Source of the DNA: Acidimicrobiales bacterium
Lineage (GTDB): Bacteria > Actinomycetota > Acidimicrobiia > Acidimicrobiales > SZUA-35
NCBI GenBank assembly: GCA_020630195.1
Contig: JAHDBV010000008.1
Location: forward strand, 877 to 64,876
Length of the DNA: 64,000 nt
Reading direction: 5' to 3'
Below are positions 45,977-52,701 of the stretch, one piece after another. The number at the start of each line of letters is the position of its first letter. The stretch's first letter is position 1. The translations under genes and the position numbers were made by a program. Below the pieces are notes generated by a model. The model saw only the letters and a list, made by a program, of their open reading frames with translations. It was not told the origin of the DNA and did not search any database.

Positions 45977-47047
45977 TCAGGGGATGAGCACGAACTTGCC
46001 GACGTGGGCCTTCTCCAGGAACTCCTGCTGCGCCGCGACGATGTCGACGAGCGGGAAGGTCTTGGCCACCACGGGGCGGATCTCGCCCCGCTCGATGTAG
46101 CCCACCAGGTTCGGGAAGACCGGTTCGTCCCATGCCGTCGAGCCGATGAGGCGCAGATCGCGCAGGTACATCGTGCGCATGTCGAGTTCGACGATCGGTC
46201 CACCGATCGCGCCGGACGAGACATAGCGCCCGCCTCGGCGCAGCGAGCCGAGCACGGCCGCGAAGGCGGGCCCGGCCACGTTGTCCACCGCCACGGTGAA
46301 CGTGTCGGTCGGGATCGGCTCGCCACGGGCGATCACGTCGTCGGCGCCGAGCGCCCGCACGGCTGCCGCCTTCGAGGCCGAGGCCACGGCGGTGACCCGG
46401 GCGCCGCGGCGTTTCGCCAACTGCACCGTCGCCGACCCGACACCACCGGATGCTCCCGTCACGAGCACGTGGTCGGCCCCGTCGACCCCGGCCCGGTGGA
46501 GCATGTTCTCCGAGGTCCCGTAGGCGCAGGGGATCGAACCGAGCTCGGCGTCGGTCCAGTCGCAGTCGACCGGGAACACCTCCGAGGCGGCGACCGTGAC
46601 GTACTCGGCGAACGCGCCGTCGAAGTCGGACGCCATCCACACGTGGTCGTAGGTGTCGTAGCCGAGGTGGCGGATGCTGCACCGCACGATCACCCGGCGC
46701 CCGACGATCGACGGGTCGACGTCGGTGGCCACGGCGTCGACGACACCGCAGCAGTCGGTGCCCTGGATCAGCGGCCACGGCGTCGGTGCGCTCCAGCCGC
46801 CGTCCTCACGGTGAACGTCGTCGTCGGCGGCGTCGGCGTCGGAGCTGGTGTCGTCGGTCGAGGCCGTGACGTCGTCGGAGTACCACCCGAGGCGGGTGTT
46901 GATCTCGGTGTTGTTGATGCCGGCCGCGAGCACGCGGATCCGGGCCTCGCCCGGTGCGGGCCGGGGAATCGGCACCTGCTGGATCTCGAGGCGATCGAAG
47001 CCGCCGTTGCCGGTGGTGACGACGGCGGTCATGGTCTCGGCGCTCAT
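45977..47047 (-). CDS. medium-chain (zinc-type) alcohol dehydrogenase / quinone oxidoreductase family
   Basis: ATG at 47047 in ORF 45977..47260. Shows a GroES-like N-terminus and the nucleotide motif VLVTGASGGVGS. Confidence 0.85.
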   Translation of the reverse strand: MSAETMTAVVTTGNGGFDRLEIQQVPIPRPAPGEARIRVLAAGINNTEINTRLGWYSDDVTASTDDTSSDADAADDDVHREDGGWSAPTPWPLIQGTDCCGVVDAVATDVDPSIVGRRVIVRCSIRHLGYDTYDHVWMASDFDGAFAEYVTVAASEVFPVDCDWTDAELGSIPCAYGTSENMLHRAGVDGADHVLVTGASGGVGSATVQLAKRRGARVTAVASASKAAAVRALGADDVIARGEPIPTDTFTVAVDNVAGPAFAAVLGSLRRGGRYVSSGAIGGPIVELDMRTMYLRDLRLIGSTAWDEPVFPNLVGYIERGEIRPVVAKTFPLVDIVAAQQEFLEKAHVGKFVLIP

Positions 47048-47114
47048 GGCGACCACGCTGGCGCTCGCCGACGCCGGACACAACACCTCGGTGTCGCCGG
47101 AGCCCGCCGATTCC

Positions 47115-47132
47115 GGTGACCGGTTGGTCACC
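47115..47132. promoter_or_regulatory. perfect 7-bp inverted repeat upstream of the lar operon
   Basis: GGTGACC-GGTT-GGTCACC lies 38 nt upstream of the larC2 GTG start, inside the 122-nt divergent intergenic region. Confidence 0.3.
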
Positions 47133-47169
47133 ACCCGGCCCGGGCCCGCGGTGAGTACCGTTCGGCGGC

Positions 47170-47613
47170 GTGGCCGTGCACCAGCTCGAGACCAACGTCG
47201 ACGACATGGACCCGCGCCTGTGGCCCGGGGTGCTCGACGCGTTGCTGGCGGCCGGCGCACTCGACGCCTGGCTGGTCCCGATCACGATGAAGAAGGGCCG
47301 TCCGGCCTTCACCCTCTGTGCCCTGGTCGACGACGCCCGACTCGACGCCGTCGCCGAGGCGGTGTTCGCCGAGACGACCACGATCGGTCTGCGGCATCAC
47401 GAGGTGGCCCGGCGGGTGCTTCGGCGCGAACCCGGCGCCGTCACCGTCGGGGGTGAGTCGATCTCGACCAAGACGTCGTCGCTCGACACCGGCCGCTCCC
47501 ACACGAGCGTCGAGTGGGACGACGTCCGGGCCGCCGCCGATCGGCTCGGCCTGTCGGCTCGCGACGTGCTCCGGGCGGCCGAGGCGGCCGCCACCCCGGG
47601 GGCCGGCCGATGA
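47170..47613 (+). CDS. larC2: LarC C-terminal half (LarC2) of the nickel-pincer cofactor nickel insertase
   Basis: 147-aa ORF with a GTG start. It begins VAVHQLETNVDDMDPRLWPGVLDALLAAGALDAW...MKKGRP..., which matches the C-terminal domain of DUF111/LarC. It ends with an ATGA overlap into larE. Confidence 0.8.
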   Translation: MAVHQLETNVDDMDPRLWPGVLDALLAAGALDAWLVPITMKKGRPAFTLCALVDDARLDAVAEAVFAETTTIGLRHHEVARRVLRREPGAVTVGGESISTKTSSLDTGRSHTSVEWDDVRAAADRLGLSARDVLRAAEAAATPGAGR

Positions 47614-48461
47614 GCGCCACCGCCGATCTCACCGCCCTCGAGAGCTGGTTCGCCGCGGCCGGTCCGGTCGCCGTCGCCTGCAGCGGCGGGGTCGACAGCC
47701 TGCTGCTCGCCACCGTCGCCCATCGGGTCGAACCGACCACGCGGATCGTGCACACCGTCACCGCGGCGGTCCCGGCCGACGCCACGGCGAGGGTCCGGGC
47801 TCGAGCCGGCGAGGCCGGCTGGCGTCTCGAACTCGTGCGATCCAGCGAGTTCGACGACGAGCGTTACCTCTCGAATCCGACGGACCGGTGCTACCACTGC
47901 AAGACGCACCTCTACGACGCCATCGACGGACTCGTCGCGGCCGGCGCCGTCCGGGGTGCGACCGTGGTGAGCGGCGCCAACCTCGACGATCTCGGTGAAT
48001 ACCGCCCGGGCCTCGTGGCCGCCGAGGAACACGACGTGCGCCACCCCTACGTCGAGCTGGGCATCACCAAGGCCCGCCTTCGGGCCGTCGCCCGGCTCCT
48101 CGGATCCGATGACGCCGAACTCCCGGCCTCGCCGTGCCTCGCCAGCCGCCTCTACACCGGGACCCGGGTGACCGAGGAGCGCCTCCGTGCCGTCGAGGCC
48201 GGCGAAGCGGTCATCCGGTCCGCCGGCATGCCCGTCGTGCGGTGCCGGATCCGCGGGGACGAAGCACTGGTCGAGGTCCCGAGCGACGATCGGCATCGGA
48301 TCGACGACGAACTCCTCGCCGCCGTCGCCGAGGCCATGCGGGCGGCCGAGCCCACCCTGCGGTCGATCACGCTCGACGACGCGGCCTATCGGCCGGGTCG
48401 GGCGTTCGTCGGTGCGACGACGGCGCCGATCCCCGTCACACTCGGCCGGAGTCGGGGCTGA
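47610..48461 (+). CDS. larE: LarE, ATP-dependent sulfur transferase for the nickel-pincer cofactor (PP-loop ATP pyrophosphatase family)
   Basis: ATG at 47610 in ORF 47514..48461. Shows the PP-loop ACSGGVDS and the Cys motifs RCYHCK and SPCLASR. Confidence 0.9.
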   Translation: MSATADLTALESWFAAAGPVAVACSGGVDSLLLATVAHRVEPTTRIVHTVTAAVPADATARVRARAGEAGWRLELVRSSEFDDERYLSNPTDRCYHCKTHLYDAIDGLVAAGAVRGATVVSGANLDDLGEYRPGLVAAEEHDVRHPYVELGITKARLRAVARLLGSDDAELPASPCLASRLYTGTRVTEERLRAVEAGEAVIRSAGMPVVRCRIRGDEALVEVPSDDRHRIDDELLAAVAEAMRAAEPTLRSITLDDAAYRPGRAFVGATTAPIPVTLGRSRG

Positions 48462-49111
48462 TGCACGTTCCCGACCTCGACCGGGCCGACCGGATCGGCA
48501 TGCCCGAAGCGGTGCTCTGCGAACCGAAGACGGACGAGCAGCTCCGCGTGGTGCTCACCGACCTCGTCGCCGCCGGTCGGCCGACCCTCTGCACCCGTCT
48601 CCCGGCCGAGCGGTTCGCCGGTCTTTCTGCCGATCTCACGGCCGTCATGACCCACGACCCCGCCTCGTCCACGGCCGTGCTCCACGGCGGCCTGCCGGCA
48701 CGGCCGGGGCGCGTCGCCGTCGTCGCCGCGGGCACGTCCGACCACGGCGTGGCCGCCGAAGCCGCCGCGACCCTCCGCTTCTCGGGCGTCGAGGCCGAGC
48801 TCATCGTCGACGTCGGTGTCGCCGCACTGTGGCGCCTCGAGGCCCGCCTCGAGGAGATCCGGGCCGCGGATGTCGTGATCGTGGTGGCCGGGATGGACGC
48901 CGCACTCGTGTCCGTCATGGGTGGTCTCGTCGCCTCACCCGTGATCGCCGTGCCGACCTCGGTCGGCTACGGCGTCGCCACGGACGGCACCTCCGCCCTG
49001 CACAGTTCGCTCGCGAGCTGCGCCCAGGGCGTGGCCGTGATGAACATCGACAACGGCTTCGGCGGTGCGTGCGCGGCCCTGCGCATCCTCGGTCTCGCCC
49101 ATCGTGGCTGA
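48461..49111 (+). CDS. larB: LarB, nicotinic acid adenine dinucleotide carboxylase/hydrolase (AIR-carboxylase-like)
   Basis: ATG at 48461 shares one nt with the larE stop (TGATG). Shows GMPEAVLCEPKT...VAVVAAGTSDHGVAAEAA...VVAGMDAALVSVMGGL...VIAVPTSVGYG. Confidence 0.9.
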   Translation: MHVPDLDRADRIGMPEAVLCEPKTDEQLRVVLTDLVAAGRPTLCTRLPAERFAGLSADLTAVMTHDPASSTAVLHGGLPARPGRVAVVAAGTSDHGVAAEAAATLRFSGVEAELIVDVGVAALWRLEARLEEIRAADVVIVVAGMDAALVSVMGGLVASPVIAVPTSVGYGVATDGTSALHSSLASCAQGVAVMNIDNGFGGACAALRILGLAHRG

Positions 49112-49832
49112 CCCCGACACCCCCACCATCGTCTGGCTCGACGTGTCGACCGGTGTCGCCGGCGACCTCCTGCTCGGGGCCCTCGTCGACGCCGGCGTGC
49201 CGATCGAGGTCCCCGCCGAGGCCGTCGCCCCCCTCGGTCTCGGCATCGGGTTCCGGCGGGAGTCGGTCCAGCGGGCGGGTCTCGCCGCCACCCGTGTGCA
49301 CGTCGACGCGCCCGACAGCCGCACCCACCGGCACCTGCCGGAGATCCGGTCGTTGCTCTCGGACCTCGACGAGGCCGTCGCCGGGGTCGCACTCGACGTG
49401 TTCGAACGACTCGCGGCGGCCGAGGCGTTCGTGCACGGCACCACGATCGACGAGGTCCACTTCCACGAGGTCGGTGCGCTCGACGCCATCGCCGACATCG
49501 TCGGGGCCGTCGCCGCCTGGCGGCACCTCGGTGCCCCCACCGTGGTGGCGAGCCCCATCGGCGTCGGTCGGGGCCGGGCCCGTGCCGCGCACGGCTCGCT
49601 CCCGGTTCCGGTGCCGGCCGTGCTGGCACTCACCCGCGACGTCGCGCCCATCGAGGCGGGCCCCCTGCCGTTCGAGGCGGCGACGCCGACAGGTGTGGCC
49701 CTCGTGTGCACACTCGCCGAACGGTTCGAGCCCATCCCGGCGATGACCCCGATCTCGGTGGGGGTCGGCGCCGGCCAGCGTGATCCCGACGGAGTGCCGA
49801 ACGTGGTGCGGGCGGTGCTGGGGCGGGCCTGA
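49104..49832 (+). CDS. larC1: LarC N-terminal half (LarC1) of the nickel-pincer cofactor nickel insertase
   Basis: GTG at 49104 (8-nt overlap with larB) in ORF 49065..49832. Shows IVWLDVSTGVAGDLLLGALVDAGVP...FHEVGALDAIADIVG...GAGQRDPDGVPNVVRAVLG, the N-terminal DUF111 domain. It stops exactly at the LarC1/LarC2 boundary. Confidence 0.85.
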   Translation: MADPDTPTIVWLDVSTGVAGDLLLGALVDAGVPIEVPAEAVAPLGLGIGFRRESVQRAGLAATRVHVDAPDSRTHRHLPEIRSLLSDLDEAVAGVALDVFERLAAAEAFVHGTTIDEVHFHEVGALDAIADIVGAVAAWRHLGAPTVVASPIGVGRGRARAAHGSLPVPVPAVLALTRDVAPIEAGPLPFEAATPTGVALVCTLAERFEPIPAMTPISVGVGAGQRDPDGVPNVVRAVLGRA

Positions 49833-49839
49833 GAGGCCC
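49825..49839. terminator. short hairpin between convergent larC1 and response-regulator genes
   Basis: GGGCCT-GAG-AGGCCC spans the larC1 stop codon. Only 10 nt separate the two convergent stops. Confidence 0.3.
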
Positions 49840-49842
49840 CGG

Positions 49843-50520
49843 TCAGTCGAGTCGGTGCCGGGTGGCGAGCACCGCCGCGCTCGTCCGGTCGGTGAGGCCG
49901 AGTTGGCGCAGGATCGACGACACGTGGTTCTTGACGGTGCCGGCGCTGAGGTGGAGCTCGGTGGCGATGTCCGGATTCGACGCGCCGGTGGCCAGGAGCC
50001 GCAGCACGTCGCGCTCGCGGGGTGTGAGTTCGTCGATGGCTCGCTGCACGTCCGGGTCGATCCGGTCGGCGTCACCCGGCCCGATCATCGTCACGATGCG
50101 GGTGGCGACGTCGGGGGCGAGCTGCACGAGCCCGTTGGCGGCCGCCGTCACGGCGTCGGCGAGCTCGTCGGCCGAGATGTCCTTCGTCAGGTAGCCCGAC
50201 GCACCGGCGGCCAACGCTTCGGTGATCAGGTCGCTCTCGACGAACGTCGTGAGGATGAGCACCCGGGTCCCCGGGTGCGACCGCTTGATCCGCCGGGTCG
50301 CCTCGAGGCCGTCGAGGTGGGGCATCTTGATGTCCATGAGCATCACGTCGGGTTGGTGCTCGTCGACGAGCACCAGCGCGTCGCGTCCGTCGGCACCGGT
50401 GGCGACGACCTCGATGTGCTCGGCGACCCCCGCGAGTGCCGCGAGGCCGTCGCGGATCATCCACCGGTCCTCGACGATGACGATGCGGATCGGCCCGCCG
50501 GCGGTGGTCTCGGCGTTCAT
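49843..50520 (-). CDS. two-component response regulator, NarL/FixJ (LuxR-type HTH) family
   Basis: ATG at 50520 in ORF 49843..51285. The receiver domain shows IVIVEDRWMIRDG...DVMLMDIKMP. The C-terminal LuxR HTH shows LTPRERDVLRLLATGASNPDIATELHLSAGTVKNHV. Confidence 0.9.
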   Translation of the reverse strand: MNAETTAGGPIRIVIVEDRWMIRDGLAALAGVAEHIEVVATGADGRDALVLVDEHQPDVMLMDIKMPHLDGLEATRRIKRSHPGTRVLILTTFVESDLITEALAAGASGYLTKDISADELADAVTAAANGLVQLAPDVATRIVTMIGPGDADRIDPDVQRAIDELTPRERDVLRLLATGASNPDIATELHLSAGTVKNHVSSILRQLGLTDRTSAAVLATRHRLD

Positions 50521-51641
50521 CGGGGCACCGTCGCGGTGATCAACGTGCCGTCGAGCCCGGAGTCGACCCGGAACACGCCGCCGAGGTCCTCGATCCGGCG
50601 GCGCATGTTCGCGAGGCCTCCCGAGCGTCCGGGGTCGCCGACGTCGAAGCCGACACCGTTGTCGACGACCTCGACCGTCACACGCTCGGGCCCGGCGGTG
50701 CTGCGGATCGAGGCGGCCGTGGCGCCCGAGTGGCGGACGAGGTTGGACAGCGCCTCCTGGACCAGCCGGTAGACGGCGACCCGTGTGGCGGGGGTGAGCT
50801 CGTCGTGGTCGCCGTCGAGGTGGACCTCCATGGTCGTGCCCGTCGGCAGGATGCGTTGCACGAGCTCCCGGATCGACGGCTCGATGTCGAACCGTTCGTC
50901 GCCGCGGCTCGCGTCGACGATGAGTCGGGTCTCGGCGATGGCCTGGGCCACGGCGGTCGAGGCGTGGCCGATGGAGACCTGCGCGGCCGCGGGATCGCGT
51001 TCGCGCAGCGCCTGGGCCGTGCGGAGCTGGACCGATCCGGCGAGCAGATGGTGGCCGAGGCTGTCGTGGAGTTCCTCGGCGAGCCGGCTCCGTTCGTCGA
51101 GTGCGGCGAGCCGGCGCTCGACCTCGACACCCTCGTCGAGGCGGCGGAGGGCATCGCCGAGCACACCCATGGCGACGAATCCGATGGCGAGGGTCATCAT
51201 CGCCTCGAACTCGATGGTGGTCCGGCGGGTGTCCTCGAGCAGCACGATGGCGGCGGTCACGATCAGGATGGCGGCCGACAGCCACGAGCGCCGTGGGTCG
51301 GCATCACGCCGTCGCCGATCGATGAGCGGCACCGACATGGCCAACGCGCCGTAGGTCGGGTCGGCGAACAGCAACGGACCGAGACAGACGAGAAGCAACA
51401 CGTCGCGCAACGGGGACTCGACACGACCGGCCGGGTCGAGTCGGCCGAGTGCGACGACGAGACCGGCGGCGAGCGCACAGCTGCCGAGCACGAGCGCCAA
51501 CCCGGGACCGGCACCGAGCGGGAGCACGCCGGAGGGGGGATCCCCGACCGAGACGTCGTAGACGGTGGCGCCGGCGACACCACCGAGTACGAGCAGCGCG
51601 AACCACGTCTCGGTCGCCCCGGTGTGATCGATCGCGGTCAT
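50517..51641 (-). CDS. sensor histidine kinase, HisKA_3 (NarX/DesK-like) family with a polytopic membrane N-terminus
   Basis: ATG at 51641 in ORF 50517..51704. Shows about 5 hydrophobic segments, the H-box RSRLAEELHDSLGHHL and the ATPase motifs DNGVGF...GGLANMRRR. It overlaps the regulator gene by 4 nt. Confidence 0.85.
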   Translation of the reverse strand: MTAIDHTGATETWFALLVLGGVAGATVYDVSVGDPPSGVLPLGAGPGLALVLGSCALAAGLVVALGRLDPAGRVESPLRDVLLLVCLGPLLFADPTYGALAMSVPLIDRRRRDADPRRSWLSAAILIVTAAIVLLEDTRRTTIEFEAMMTLAIGFVAMGVLGDALRRLDEGVEVERRLAALDERSRLAEELHDSLGHHLLAGSVQLRTAQALRERDPAAAQVSIGHASTAVAQAIAETRLIVDASRGDERFDIEPSIRELVQRILPTGTTMEVHLDGDHDELTPATRVAVYRLVQEALSNLVRHSGATAASIRSTAGPERVTVEVVDNGVGFDVGDPGRSGGLANMRRRIEDLGGVFRVDSGLDGTLITATVPR

Positions 51642-51806
51642 GGGTCGATGGTGGAGGACGCCGGATGGTTCCACAAGTGCGCTTCGGCCCATGCCGATCG
51701 GCACCCTCCGTCGCCCGAACCGATGCCCGCAGGCACTTCCGTGCCCCGGCCCACCTTCCTACGTTCGTCGCAGCGCCCGACGTGGGCCCGACCAGGAGAG
51801 ACCATC

Positions 51807-52622
51807 ATGCACCGACTCGTCGCCGCCCTCGCCGGGCTGACCCTCGTGGCGGCCGCCTGCGGCTCCGACGCCGCCGACGATCTCGCCGTCACCGTCGAGT
51901 CGGAGGAGGCCGCCGTCGTCGAGACCGACGACACCGGCACCGACGACACCAGCACCGATGACACCGGTACGGATGACGCCGGCACCGACGAGTCGAGCGT
52001 CGACGACAGCGGTACCGACGACACGGCGGAGGTGAGCTCGGGCGAGGTCGAGACCTTCACCATCGAGGTCTGGGCCGACAACTGGATGGCCGTCTACGTC
52101 GATGGTGAACTCGTCGGCGAGGACTCGGTTCCGATCACCACCGAGCGGTCGTTCAACTCCGAGACCTTCACCTTCGACGCCGCCACCCCGTTCACCCTCG
52201 CCATCGAGGCACGCGACTACAAGGAGACCGACTCCGGCCTCGAGTACATCGGCGCCTCGAACCAGCAGATGGGGGACGGCGGGATCATCGCCCAGGTCAA
52301 GGACGCCTCGGGCGCCGTCGTGGCGGTGACCACCGGCGACTGGTCGGCGCTCGTCGTGCACCAGGCGCCGCTGAACACCGACTGCGAGAGCTCGTCGGAC
52401 CCCGACACCGAGTGTGAGTTCCTCACCGTCGAGTCCCCGGCCGACTGGACCGCCGTCGGCTTCGACGACAGTGCCTGGGGCACCGCCACCGTGTGGACCG
52501 CTGCGGACGTCGATCCGAAGCTCGGCTACGACGACATCAGCTGGGACGCCAGCGCCGAACTGATCTGGGGCTCCGACCTCGAGGTCGACAACACCGTGCT
52601 GCTCCGCACCACCGTCGGCTGA
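51807..52622 (+). CDS. secreted lipoprotein with an acidic Thr/Asp pentapeptide-repeat linker and a C-terminal beta-rich domain of unrecognised family
   Basis: The ATG at 51807 is preceded by AGGAGAG and is in frame with ORF 50730..52622. The signal peptide MHRLVAALAGLTLVAAAC has a lipobox. It is followed by TDDTG-type repeats and a W/D-rich globular part. Confidence 0.75.
   Translation: MHRLVAALAGLTLVAAACGSDAADDLAVTVESEEAAVVETDDTGTDDTSTDDTGTDDAGTDESSVDDSGTDDTAEVSSGEVETFTIEVWADNWMAVYVDGELVGEDSVPITTERSFNSETFTFDAATPFTLAIEARDYKETDSGLEYIGASNQQMGDGGIIAQVKDASGAVVAVTTGDWSALVVHQAPLNTDCESSSDPDTECEFLTVESPADWTAVGFDDSAWGTATVWTAADVDPKLGYDDISWDASAELIWGSDLEVDNTVLLRTTVG
51924..52028 (+). repeat. coding tandem repeat, 15-nt period, about 7 copies (TDDTG pentapeptides)
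   Basis: ACCGACGACACCGGC and its variants repeat head to tail. They encode TDDTG TDDTS TDDTG TDDAG TDESS VDDSG TDDTA. Confidence 0.7.
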
Positions 52623-52626
52623 CGAT

Positions 52627-52696
52627 CTCCCCGCCACCACGGGGAGGCGGAGGATCCGAGCACCGCCGTCACCGGCGGCCGGGTCCTCCGACCCGG
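52627..52696. terminator. three consecutive GC-rich hairpins between convergent genes
   Basis: The hairpins are CTCCCCG-N6-CGGGGAG (52627-52646), CCGCCG-TCAC-CGGCGG (52663-52678) and CCGGGTC-CTCC-GACCCGG (52679-52696). All lie in the 79-nt gap between the stops at 52622 and 52702. Confidence 0.45.
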
Positions 52697-52701
52697 CCGG
52701 C

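Noticed and set aside
44705-47119. 804-aa plus-strand ORF 44705..47119
   Set aside because: It is antisense to both the Rieske oxygenase and the zinc-ADH genes, is Gly/Val/Arg/Asp rich and has no motif. The two minus-strand genes carry textbook Rieske and Rossmann signatures.
47170-49832. Possibility that the split larC represents a broken pseudogene or a simple frameshift as in L. plantarum
   Set aside because: The two halves are not adjacent; larE and larB lie between them and the order is inverted. Each half has its own start coupled to the neighbouring gene. The break falls exactly at the known LarC1/LarC2 domain boundary and both halves keep conserved motifs. I cannot exclude an assembly artefact from sequence alone.
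51924-52028. Tandem 15-nt repeats considered as a CRISPR-like or non-coding satellite element
   Set aside because: The repeats are contiguous without spacers, in frame, and encode the acidic linker of a lipoprotein. No CRISPR-like repeat-spacer architecture exists anywhere in the window.
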